Source: an uncultured Clostridia bacterium (lineage in GTDB: Bacteria > Bacillota > Clostridia > Christensenellales > Borkfalkiaceae). From it: a stretch of 59,158 nucleotides of DNA. Positions 8,792-16,526 of this stretch are shown here, one piece after another. The stretch lies in contig CAYWML010000001.1 of NCBI GenBank assembly GCA_964459515.1, forward strand, positions 1 through 59,158, read 5' to 3'. The notes under the pieces are model-generated. The model saw only the letters and a program-made list of their open reading frames with translations, was not told where the DNA came from and made no database searches. Within the stretch, counting starts at the first letter, position 1. Every line of letters begins with the position of its first letter. The translations under genes were made by a program, and so were the position numbers.

Positions 8792-10477
8792 TTACATTTT
8801 GTCGGGAATGCCGATACCCAATAATCCGAAAGCGTTTTTCAACGCTTGCAAAGTCGCCTCCGTAAGCTTCAAGCGGAAATGCTTCGTCTTTTCGTCCTCG
8901 GCGGAAAGAATTTTGCAATCGAAATAGAATTTATTGAACTTCTGCGCGACGTCCACCGCAAAACGCGCAATGAGCGACGGTTCGTATTTCTCCGCCGCCG
9001 CACGTACCGTTTCGGGGAACACGGAAATCGCTTTTACAAGCTCGATTTCCTGCGGACACAGCGTCGGTATCTCGTACGCGTTCGGCACGCCGCCCTTTTG
9101 CAAAACGGAAGCGGCGCGCGCGCACGTATATTGTACGTAAACGCTCGTTTCTCCGTCGAAAGTAAGCACTTTGTCATAGGAAAATACGATATCCTTAATC
9201 TTGCTGTTATACAACGCGCCGAAAATGACCGCGCCTACGCCGACCTTTTGCGCGACATCCGCTTTATTCTCCAAATTCGGATTTTTTTCGTCGATGATCG
9301 TATACGCCTTTTCGATACACTTGTTGATGACGTCCTCCAAGAATACGACGTTGCCCTTGCGCGTGGACATCGTCCCCTCTTCCAAAGAAACCATGCCGTA
9401 AGCGACGTGCACGAGATCTTTCGCCCAAGCTTTGCCCATAAGCTCCAAAACCTTAAAAAATTGCTTGAAATGCAGATTTTGCTGATAGGCGACCACGTAC
9501 AGACATTTGTAGAAATCGTAAGTGTTTTTACGATATACCGCCGCCGCCATATCGCGCGTCGCGTACAGCGAAGTGCCGTCCGATTTCAAAATGATGCAAG
9601 GCGACATGCCGTATTCTTCCAAATCGACAACCTGCGCGCCGCGGCTTTCCACCAACAGCCCCTTTTCGCGAAGCTCGTCCACGATCGGCTGCATTTTATC
9701 CGAATAGAAACTCTCGCCGGCGTAGGAATCGAAACGAATATCCAACAATTCGTAAATTTTTTGCACGTCCTTTAAGGTAAGCTCCTTAAACCAACGGAAA
9801 AGCGCGAGGCACTCCTCGTCGCCCTGTTCTATCTTCTTGAAATACGCGCGTGCTTCGTCCTCGTATTCGGGGTGCGCTTCCGCTTCGCGGTGAAATTTCA
9901 CGTACAACTCGTTCAACGCGCGAATGCCGCCCTTTTCGACAATCTCCTTATCCCCCCAACGCTTATAGGCGGAGATTAATTTTCCGAATTGCGTGCCGTA
10001 ATCGCCCAAATGATTGATGCCGACCGCTTTATAGCCGAGAAAATTAAAAATTCGATACAATGCGCCGCCGAGCACCGTCGTGGAAAGATGCCCGATATGA
10101 AAAGGCTTCGCGATGTTGATAGAAGAATAGTCGATACAAATCGTCTTCCCCTCGCCCTCCGACGACGCGCCGTAACGCGCCCCTTCCGAAAGAATTTTAT
10201 CGAGCACGGAGCGTACGAAGCCGCTTTTGTTTATTTTGAAGTTCAAATAGCCGTTGACGGCGGCAACTTCGCTGACGACTTCGTCCGTCGGGAAAGAATT
10301 TTTCAATGCTTCGGCGATGGCGACGGGGCTTTTCCGAAGAAGCTTTGCAAAACGGAAACACGGCAAAGCGTAATCGCCCGTTTCCAAATTGGGCGGCAAA
10401 GCAATCCAATCGTACACTTCGTCCGTCGTTACGCCGTCTATGTTGATTTTTTCCGCAATATATCTCTTATAATCCAT
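8792..10477 (-). CDS. argS: Arginine--tRNA ligase
   Basis: Class I synthetase with HIGH-like PFHIGH and anticodon-binding C-terminus, similar to ArgS along its full length. Start set to the ATG at 10477 (MDYKRY...). The upstream ATG at 10531 lies inside the predicted -10 region. Confidence 0.9.
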   Translation of the reverse strand: MDYKRYIAEKINIDGVTTDEVYDWIALPPNLETGDYALPCFRFAKLLRKSPVAIAEALKNSFPTDEVVSEVAAVNGYLNFKINKSGFVRSVLDKILSEGARYGASSEGEGKTICIDYSSINIAKPFHIGHLSTTVLGGALYRIFNFLGYKAVGINHLGDYGTQFGKLISAYKRWGDKEIVEKGGIRALNELYVKFHREAEAHPEYEDEARAYFKKIEQGDEECLALFRWFKELTLKDVQKIYELLDIRFDSYAGESFYSDKMQPIVDELREKGLLVESRGAQVVDLEEYGMSPCIILKSDGTSLYATRDMAAAVYRKNTYDFYKCLYVVAYQQNLHFKQFFKVLELMGKAWAKDLVHVAYGMVSLEEGTMSTRKGNVVFLEDVINKCIEKAYTIIDEKNPNLENKADVAQKVGVGAVIFGALYNSKIKDIVFSYDKVLTFDGETSVYVQYTCARAASVLQKGGVPNAYEIPTLCPQEIELVKAISVFPETVRAAAEKYEPSLIARFAVDVAQKFNKFYFDCKILSAEDEKTKHFRLKLTEATLQALKNAFGLLGIGIPDKM

Positions 10478-10521
10478 AAAAATACCTTCTATTTTCCTTT
10501 CGTTGCATTTTTTCTTAGAAT

Positions 10522-10550
10522 ATAGTAACATATTTTTTCAATTTGGGCAA
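10522..10550 (-). promoter_or_regulatory. Candidate argS promoter
   Basis: The minus strand reads TTGCCC (10550-10545), a 17-nt spacer, then TGtTACTAT (10527-10522). The leader is only ~45 nt. Confidence 0.4.
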
Positions 10551-10557
10551 GTTTAAT

Positions 10558-10586
10558 TTGCCAAAATTTCAATTTTGTATTATAAT
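10558..10586 (+). promoter_or_regulatory. Candidate ychF promoter
   Basis: TTGCCA (10558-10563), a 17-nt spacer, then TATAAT (10581-10586). Confidence 0.55.
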
Positions 10587-10633
10587 ATAAAGGAAATTTT
10601 TCAAAAAAACCTTAAAAAGGACGATAAAACAAT

Positions 10634-11749
10634 ATGAAACTCGGTGTTGTCGGACTTCCCAACGTAGGCAAGTCCACCCTCTTCAATGCAATCACGCACG
10701 CCGGCGCGGAATGCGCGAATTATCCTTTCTGCACTATCGAACCGAACGTAGGCGTCGTTGCCGTGCCCGACGAACGGCTCGATAAACTCGCCGCACTGTA
10801 TTCCAGCAAAAAAGTAACTCCTGCCGTTATAGAATTCGTAGATATTGCAGGGCTCGTCAAAGGCGCGTCCAAAGGCGAGGGCTTAGGCAATAAATTCCTT
10901 TCGCATATTCGCGAAGTAGACGCCATCGTGCACGTCGTGCGTTGTTTCGAGGACGCAAACATTACGCACGTGGAAAATAAAATCGATCCCGTAAACGATA
11001 TCGAAACCATCAATTTGGAATTGGTGATGTCGGACATGGAAGCAGTACAAAACCGCATGAACAAAGTAAAAATTCAGGCACGCGGCGGCGCGGATAAAAA
11101 AGCCGAAGAAGAATACGCCTTTTTGGAGCGTTTGTACGCGCACCTCGAAAACGAGAAGCCGGCTCGGCTGTTCGAAGCAAGCGAGGAAGAAGAATGCTTT
11201 ATGAAAAACTGCTTCCTTTTGACGAGCAAACCCGTCATTTACGCGGCAAATATCAAAGAGGAAGATATGGGCAAGGACGAAAACACCCTCCCCTACGTCG
11301 TTGCCGTAAAGGAATGGGCAAAAAAGGAAGGTTCGGAAGTGCTGGTCATCTGCGCCAAGACCGAAGAAGAACTTTCGCAAATGGAAGCGGATGACAAAGC
11401 CGTATTTATGGAAGAATTCGGGTTGGGCGAAAGCGGACTCGATCGCTTGATTAAAAAATCGTACGCACTGCTCGGCTTAATCTCCTATCTTACCGCAGGC
11501 GAAAAAGAAACGCGCGCTTGGACAATCGTAAAAGGCACGAAAGCACCGCAGGCTGCCGGGAAAATTCATACCGATTTTGAAAAAGGATTTATACGCGCCG
11601 ACGTCGTCAATTGGCAAACGCTGCTTACGCTCGGTTCGATCGCCGCGGCGAAGGCGGAAGGCAAAGTACGTTCCGAAGGCAAAGAATACGTCATGCAAGA
11701 CGGCGACGTCGTAGAATACTATTTCAACGTTTCCAAAAGCAACAAATAA
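10634..11749 (+). CDS. ychF: Redox-regulated ATPase YchF (Obg-like GTPase family)
   Basis: 371 aa. G1 motif GLPNVGKST, and the C-terminal TGS/YchF domain ending [12 protein letters not shown]. Confidence 0.92.
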   Translation: MKLGVVGLPNVGKSTLFNAITHAGAECANYPFCTIEPNVGVVAVPDERLDKLAALYSSKKVTPAVIEFVDIAGLVKGASKGEGLGNKFLSHIREVDAIVHVVRCFEDANITHVENKIDPVNDIETINLELVMSDMEAVQNRMNKVKIQARGGADKKAEEEYAFLERLYAHLENEKPARLFEASEEEECFMKNCFLLTSKPVIYAANIKEEDMGKDENTLPYVVAVKEWAKKEGSEVLVICAKTEEELSQMEADDKAVFMEEFGLGESGLDRLIKKSYALLGLISYLTAGEKETRAWTIVKGTKAPQAAGKIHTDFEKGFIRADVVNWQTLLTLGSIAAAKAEGKVRSEGKEYVMQDGDVVEYYFNVSKSNK

Positions 11750-11767
11750 AACGAAATCGAATAAACG

Positions 11768-11816
11768 ATCGCTCCGCAACGCAAGACATGCACCGTCCGT
11801 CGCGGAGCGATTTTTC
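11768..11816. terminator. Hairpin terminator between the convergent ychF and C_GCAxxG genes
   Basis: Stem atcgctccgc / gcggagcgat (11768-11777 / 11802-11811) followed by TTTTT on the plus strand. Confidence 0.55.
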
Positions 11817-11823
11817 ATCGAAT

Positions 11824-12282
11824 TTATAAAATACCGCGCTCCGTCAATTCTTTTTCCAACAACTCGGCGGCAAGATACACCATATCGCCGCAAGCGCGTT
11901 TATGATAATATTGCTCCGTACGCGGTTCGGCTTCGCCGCCGATCTCCGTTTTCACCTGCATGCCGCGCAGCAATTCCGCGCATATAAGGCTGCCCGTTTC
12001 CGCGCGAAACTCGCCGCAAAGCTTCTGTACGACGGCATAAACGGCTTTTTTGTTTTCCGACGTATTTTCCGCCTTTCCGCACGCCATACCGAGAACAGCC
12101 GCCATGCCGCTGACCGCACCGCATGTCATGCGAAGCCGCCCTACGCCGCCGCCGAACGGCAACATAATCTTGCCAACCGTCCCTTCGTCCATTCCCATAA
12201 CGTCGGCAAACGCCAACGCCACCGCTTGCGAACACGCATAACCTTGTAAAAAATATTCCTTTGCCCTTTCTGCTCTTGACAT
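11824..12282 (-). CDS. C_GCAxxG_C_C family redox-active protein
   Basis: Signature GYACSQAV near the N-terminus plus CGAVSG and further Cys motifs. Start set to the ATG at 12282, 9 nt after AGGAG; the ORF-track start at 12288 is TTG. Confidence 0.8.
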   Translation of the reverse strand: MSRAERAKEYFLQGYACSQAVALAFADVMGMDEGTVGKIMLPFGGGVGRLRMTCGAVSGMAAVLGMACGKAENTSENKKAVYAVVQKLCGEFRAETGSLICAELLRGMQVKTEIGGEAEPRTEQYYHKRACGDMVYLAAELLEKELTERGIL

Positions 12283-12304
12283 TTTCAAATACTCCTGTTA
12301 TAAT
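12276..12304 (+). promoter_or_regulatory. Consensus extended -10 promoter directly in front of the PPTase gene
   Basis: TTGACA (12276-12281), a 17-nt spacer, then TGtTATAAT (TATAAT 12299-12304). The ATG at 12316 is only 11 nt downstream and has no SD. Confidence 0.55.
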
Positions 12305-12315
12305 ATTTCTGACTT

Positions 12316-12837
12316 ATGGAAAAAATCTTTTATGCAAAGACGAACGCATACCCCTCTTCGGAAGCCGCCGTGCGACAGATTTTGCTTTCGCATTTTCGTA
12401 AAACCGATTGCGCGATTGCGCATACGAGCAACGGAAAGCCGTTCTTGCAAGACGAAGAAAAGCTCTTTTTCTCCGTTTCGCATACGCGGAAAAGCTTGTT
12501 TATCGCATTTGCCGACGAACAAATCGGGCTTGACGCCGAACCGCTATCGCGCCAATCGCGCTACGCGGCGATTTTACAAAAGTTTTCGGAAAACGAACGG
12601 GCGGAAATACGAAACTCGCATGATTTTCTACGGCATTGGACGGCAAAAGAAAGCGCGATTAAATACCTCGGCGGAACGCTTATAAAAGATTTGCGCTCGC
12701 TCGAATACGTCGGCGGAAGCTTGTTTTACCGCGGCGAGCCTTTTCCCGTCCGATTGACGCAGACGGAATCGCAAGGACACTTTCTTTCCGTATGTTGCGC
12801 GCGCGATTTCTCGAACGCGGAACACATTCCCTTTTAA
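12316..12837 (+). CDS. 4'-phosphopantetheinyl transferase, short Sfp-type
   Basis: 173 aa. Motifs GKPFL, FSVSH, GLDAE and WTAKESAIK are characteristic of the Sfp/EntD superfamily. Confidence 0.75.
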   Translation: MEKIFYAKTNAYPSSEAAVRQILLSHFRKTDCAIAHTSNGKPFLQDEEKLFFSVSHTRKSLFIAFADEQIGLDAEPLSRQSRYAAILQKFSENERAEIRNSHDFLRHWTAKESAIKYLGGTLIKDLRSLEYVGGSLFYRGEPFPVRLTQTESQGHFLSVCCARDFSNAEHIPF

Positions 12838-12904
12838 GCATTATAGCATACTTTATCGGGAATTTCAAGAAAAAAATAAAGCTTTTTATAGGAGAACACG
12901 AAAA

Positions 12905-13561
12905 ATGATCGGAGCAGTAATCGCCATGCAAAGCGAGGCGGATATTTTATTGAATACTATGGCAACGAGCCGCACGCTTACCGTCAGCGGAAAACGCGTT
13001 TATGTCGGCAAAGCTTTCGGAAAAGACGTCGCACTGTGCGTATGCGGCGTGGGCAAAGTAAACGCGGCACTCGGCGCGCAACTGCTCGTCAGCAAATTCG
13101 ACGCCGACTTATTGTTGAACTTCGGCGTGGCGGGCGGCTTAAACGGCGGAACGGAGCTGTGCGAGGTTTACCAAATTTCCGCGGCTGTGCAATTCGATTT
13201 CGACCTTGCGCAACTGAACGGCACGAAAATCGGCACGTTGAACGAATACGAGGAAAACTACCTCGCCGTCAACCTGCTTCCCCTGCATTTTGCGAAAAAA
13301 CGCTTGGGAACTGCGGATCGATTTAACGATTCTATCGAAGATTATAAACTGCTGACGGAAGAACTGAACGCGGATATCCGCGATATGGAGGGCGGCGCGA
13401 TCGTACAAGCGGCGTACGCGACGAGCTTGCCCGTATATCTTTTCAAAGCCATCTCCGACGTCGCAGGCAACAACAGCACGACGGAGCAATATTTGGCGAA
13501 CAAGGATCGCGCGCTTCTCAATTTACAAGCGGCGTTGCCTGAAATTTTCAACGCGCTTTGA
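12905..13561 (+). CDS. mtnN: Pfs-like 5'-methylthioadenosine/S-adenosylhomocysteine nucleosidase (PNP_UDP_1 family)
   Basis: 218 aa. GVGKVNAALGA, FGVAGG, DMEGGAIVQ and KAISDVAG align with E. coli Pfs motifs. Confidence 0.7.
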   Translation: MIGAVIAMQSEADILLNTMATSRTLTVSGKRVYVGKAFGKDVALCVCGVGKVNAALGAQLLVSKFDADLLLNFGVAGGLNGGTELCEVYQISAAVQFDFDLAQLNGTKIGTLNEYEENYLAVNLLPLHFAKKRLGTADRFNDSIEDYKLLTEELNADIRDMEGGAIVQAAYATSLPVYLFKAISDVAGNNSTTEQYLANKDRALLNLQAALPEIFNAL

Positions 13562-13570
13562 GGTGAAATT

Positions 13571-14239
13571 ATGATCGATTTAGGCGATTGGAACGAAATA
13601 CTTGCGCCGCTGTTTGCCGATGAACGCTACGCGAAAATACGAAAATTCTTGATAGAAGAATATCGAAATCACGTCGTTTATCCCGATATGTACGATTTGT
13701 ACAACTGCTTTCGGTATACGCAATTTCGCGATTTGAAAGCGGTGCTTCTCGGGCAAGATCCCTACCACAACGAAGGGCAAGCGCACGGGCTTTGCTTTTC
13801 CGTGCCGCAAGGCATACAAAAGCCGCCCTCTTTGGAAAACATATTCAAGGAGCTACATACCGACCTCGGCTGCAATCCGCCCCGAAACGGCACGCTGACG
13901 AAGTGGGCGCAACAGGGCGTATTGCTTTTGAACACTGCCCTCACCGTACGCGCGCATCAAGCGAATTCCCATGCAAAATGCGGTTGGGCATGGTTTACGG
14001 ACAACGTTATTCAACTGATTTCCGAAAAAAAGGAACACGTCGTATTCCTGCTGTGGGGAGGCAACGCGCGCAGCAAAAAGCCGCTTATCGATACCTCGAA
14101 GCACTGCATTCTCGAAAGCGTGCACCCCTCGCCGCTTTCTGCCTATAACGGCTTTTTCGGATGTAAACACTTCTCCAAAACGAACGAATACCTTGCGGCA
14201 AACGGTATTTCGCCCGTCGATTGGGATTTATCGGAATAA
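13571..14239 (+). CDS. ung: Uracil-DNA glycosylase (family 1)
   Basis: 222 aa. Catalytic GQDPYH, the GVLLLN motif, and the HPSPLS leucine-loop motif. Confidence 0.92.
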   Translation: MIDLGDWNEILAPLFADERYAKIRKFLIEEYRNHVVYPDMYDLYNCFRYTQFRDLKAVLLGQDPYHNEGQAHGLCFSVPQGIQKPPSLENIFKELHTDLGCNPPRNGTLTKWAQQGVLLLNTALTVRAHQANSHAKCGWAWFTDNVIQLISEKKEHVVFLLWGGNARSKKPLIDTSKHCILESVHPSPLSAYNGFFGCKHFSKTNEYLAANGISPVDWDLSE

Positions 14240-14248
14240 AAACGGAAA

Positions 14249-14281
14249 ACGCGCGGCAAATGCCGCGCGCTCTGTTTTTTC
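14249..14281. terminator. Bidirectional terminator between ung and the ynbB-like gene
   Basis: Stem cgcgcggca / tgccgcgcg, with a T-run on the plus side (14275-14280) and TTTT on the minus side. Confidence 0.6.
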
Positions 14282-14286
14282 GCTGT

Positions 14287-15513
14287 TTACAATAATTTCG
14301 CAAGAATTTTTTTCAAAGCGTATTTGCAATGTTCGTAAGTCAAACCGCCTTGGAAATAAGCGGTATACGGCGGCTTTACGGGCGCGTCTGCCGAAAGTTC
14401 TATACTCGCCCCCTCTACGAAACAGCCTGCCGCCATAATCACCTTGCTGTCGTACCCCGGCATATCCCACGGCTCCAACGTAACAAAGCCGTCAATCGGG
14501 GAAGCATCCTGCACGGATTGGATAAAAGCGCAAAGCTGCTCTGCCGTGTCAAAACGGATCGCGCGCGTTATATCCGCAGGCACGACGTTAAGCTTCGGGA
14601 AATTTTCATAGCCTAAGCACTCCATACACTGCCCGATAAGCAGACTGCCTTTAATCGCCTGATTTACCGTATGCGGCGCAAGGAAAAGCCCTTGATAAAA
14701 CAAGCGGTAGCCGTAGGCGTACGAACCGACTTCGTTGCCGATGGACGGCGCGGTTAAACGCCGACCGATCAAGTCCACGTATTTTTCCTTTCCGACGATA
14801 TATCCGCCCGTCGGCGCAAGTCCGCCGCCGGGGTTTTTAATCAGCGAGCCGACCGCCACGTCCGCGCCGACGTCGCACGGCTCTTGCTTTTCCACAAATT
14901 CTCCGTAGCAATTATCGACGAATATACAGCCCGTAAAGCCTAAACCGCGAACGAACGAACATATATCCCCGATTTCCGCAACCGAAAAGGCGTCGCGCAA
15001 TTCGTACCCGCGCGAACGCTGGATATATATCATTTTAAGAGAAGCCCCCAAACGCGACATTTCCGCGCGAATGCGCGCTTTATCGAACTTTCCCTCCGAA
15101 GTAAGCTCCGCGCAGGTAAAAGCAATGCCAAAGTCCTTCAACGAGCCGTTTCCGTCCCCGTATATAACGCCGCGAATCGTATCGTAAGGCATTCCCGAAA
15201 CGGAAAGCACGGCGTCCCCCGTGCGCAACACGCCGAACAAAGCGACGGTCAAAGCGTGCGTACCGCTGAGAAGCGCGGGCGAAACGATGCCTGCCTCTGC
15301 CCCGAACGCGTCGGCGAATACTTCGCCTAACACAAATCTTCCCTCGTCGCCGTAACCGTATCCAGTCGTGGGATTAAAATGGCGCAACGCCACCGAACGG
15401 CGTTGAAACGCCTTTATCACTTTTTCTTGATTGTATTCGCTTATCTCGTCCGCGAGCGCGAATTGCGCGCATAAACGCGCTTCGCTCACCTTTATCAATT
15501 CTTCTGCTTTCAT
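14287..15513 (-). CDS. PLP-dependent YnbB / 'aluminium resistance protein' family enzyme (cystathionine beta-lyase-like)
   Basis: 408 aa, resembling the YnbB (Met_gamma_lyase) family along its full length. SD GGAGAG precedes the ATG at 15513. Confidence 0.8.
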   Translation of the reverse strand: MKAEELIKVSEARLCAQFALADEISEYNQEKVIKAFQRRSVALRHFNPTTGYGYGDEGRFVLGEVFADAFGAEAGIVSPALLSGTHALTVALFGVLRTGDAVLSVSGMPYDTIRGVIYGDGNGSLKDFGIAFTCAELTSEGKFDKARIRAEMSRLGASLKMIYIQRSRGYELRDAFSVAEIGDICSFVRGLGFTGCIFVDNCYGEFVEKQEPCDVGADVAVGSLIKNPGGGLAPTGGYIVGKEKYVDLIGRRLTAPSIGNEVGSYAYGYRLFYQGLFLAPHTVNQAIKGSLLIGQCMECLGYENFPKLNVVPADITRAIRFDTAEQLCAFIQSVQDASPIDGFVTLEPWDMPGYDSKVIMAAGCFVEGASIELSADAPVKPPYTAYFQGGLTYEHCKYALKKILAKLL

Positions 15514-15532
15514 AAAATTCTCTCCATCTGTA

Positions 15533-15610
15533 TTATGTCACACATTTTTTAATAAACGACGCATTCTGTGCCGCATAGTATGTCACGCATAGGTATTATG
15601 TGTGACATAA
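15533..15610. promoter_or_regulatory. Operator-like array with three copies of TATGTCACRCAT, including a 13-bp inverted repeat
   Basis: TTATGTCACACAT (15533-15545), TATGTCACGCAT (15579-15590), and the inverted copy ATGTGTGACATAA (15598-10). The proximal copy overlaps a minus-strand TGaCATAAT extended -10-like element. Confidence 0.4.
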
Positions 15611-15611
15611 C

Positions 15612-16526
15612 TCAGCTTTTCAAAAGCATTTCGACGTGTGCTGCCGTTGCTTCACTCGGCAAAAGCGTCGTGTGATTTTGCATGCGCTTAAAGAACGTTT
15701 TCTGCCGTTTTGCGTAACGGCGCGTATTTTTTTGCACCAAAGCCATCATTTCGGCTTCGCTCGCGCCTACGCGCAACCCTTCGGCAATTTCTTTATAGCC
15801 GATTCCTTGCATACATTGTGCCGTTTCGGGAACGCCGCTTTCCAGCAAACGGCGCACCTCCCTTTCTAAACCGTCGGAAAACATTTTTTCGACGCGCGCG
15901 TCGATACGCGCGTACAAAGCTTCCCTTGGATAACCGATCGATACGGCACAAAAATCGAAACGAGGCACGGGAAGATCACACTGCAACGACTTTGCTTTTC
16001 CCGTCGTATCGTATATTTCCAAAGCGCGTATTACGCGTTTTACGTCGTTATAATGCAATTTTTCCGCACTTTCGGGATCTTTTTCCCGAAGCACCGCATG
16101 CAAATATTCTCGTCCGCGTTCTTCCGCCAATTTTTCGTAATAAGCGCGCAGTTGCGCATTTGCGCCAATGTTTCCGAATTGACTTTTATAGAGCAACGAT
16201 TGAATATAAAAACCCGTTCCGCCACAAACAATCGGCAGTTTTCCGTCCTGCAACAATTTTTCCAGAATCGGCAAAGCCGCCGCTTCGTAATCGCAAACGC
16301 TGAAACTTTCCAGCGGCGAAACGACGTCGATCAAATGATGCGGAACACTCTGCCGCTCTTCCGAAGTCGGCTTTGCCGTGCCGATATTCAAACCGCGATA
16401 AATCAGCATGGAATCGGCGGAAACGACTTCGCCGCCAAACGCTTTCGCGCAAGCCACGGCAAGTGCCGTCTTCCCCGTTGCCGTCGCGCCGCAAATCACC
16501 AAAACTTTTTTCTCGAACGGCGTCAT
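15612..16526 (-). CDS. miaA: tRNA dimethylallyltransferase
   Basis: P-loop GATATGKTALAV. Start set to the ATG at 16526, which overlaps the mutL TGA by 1 nt (TGATG). The 55-codon upstream extension in the ORF track lies inside mutL. Confidence 0.9.
   Translation of the reverse strand: MTPFEKKVLVICGATATGKTALAVACAKAFGGEVVSADSMLIYRGLNIGTAKPTSEERQSVPHHLIDVVSPLESFSVCDYEAAALPILEKLLQDGKLPIVCGGTGFYIQSLLYKSQFGNIGANAQLRAYYEKLAEERGREYLHAVLREKDPESAEKLHYNDVKRVIRALEIYDTTGKAKSLQCDLPVPRFDFCAVSIGYPREALYARIDARVEKMFSDGLEREVRRLLESGVPETAQCMQGIGYKEIAEGLRVGASEAEMMALVQKNTRRYAKRQKTFFKRMQNHTTLLPSEATAAHVEMLLKS

Noticed and set aside
10478-10633. A T-box riboswitch upstream of argS.
   Set aside because: The predicted promoter leaves a leader of only ~45 nt. 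There is no specifier or T-box (AGGGTGGNACCGCG-like) sequence and no terminator/antiterminator pair.
15514-15611. A SAM (S-box) riboswitch, or GlnR/TnrA or LexA sites, upstream of the ynbB-like PLP enzyme gene.
   Set aside because: The region is only 98 nt and lacks the S-box conserved helices. No TGTNA-N7-TNACA or CGAAC-N4-GTTCG pattern fits. I report it instead as an unassigned repeat motif.
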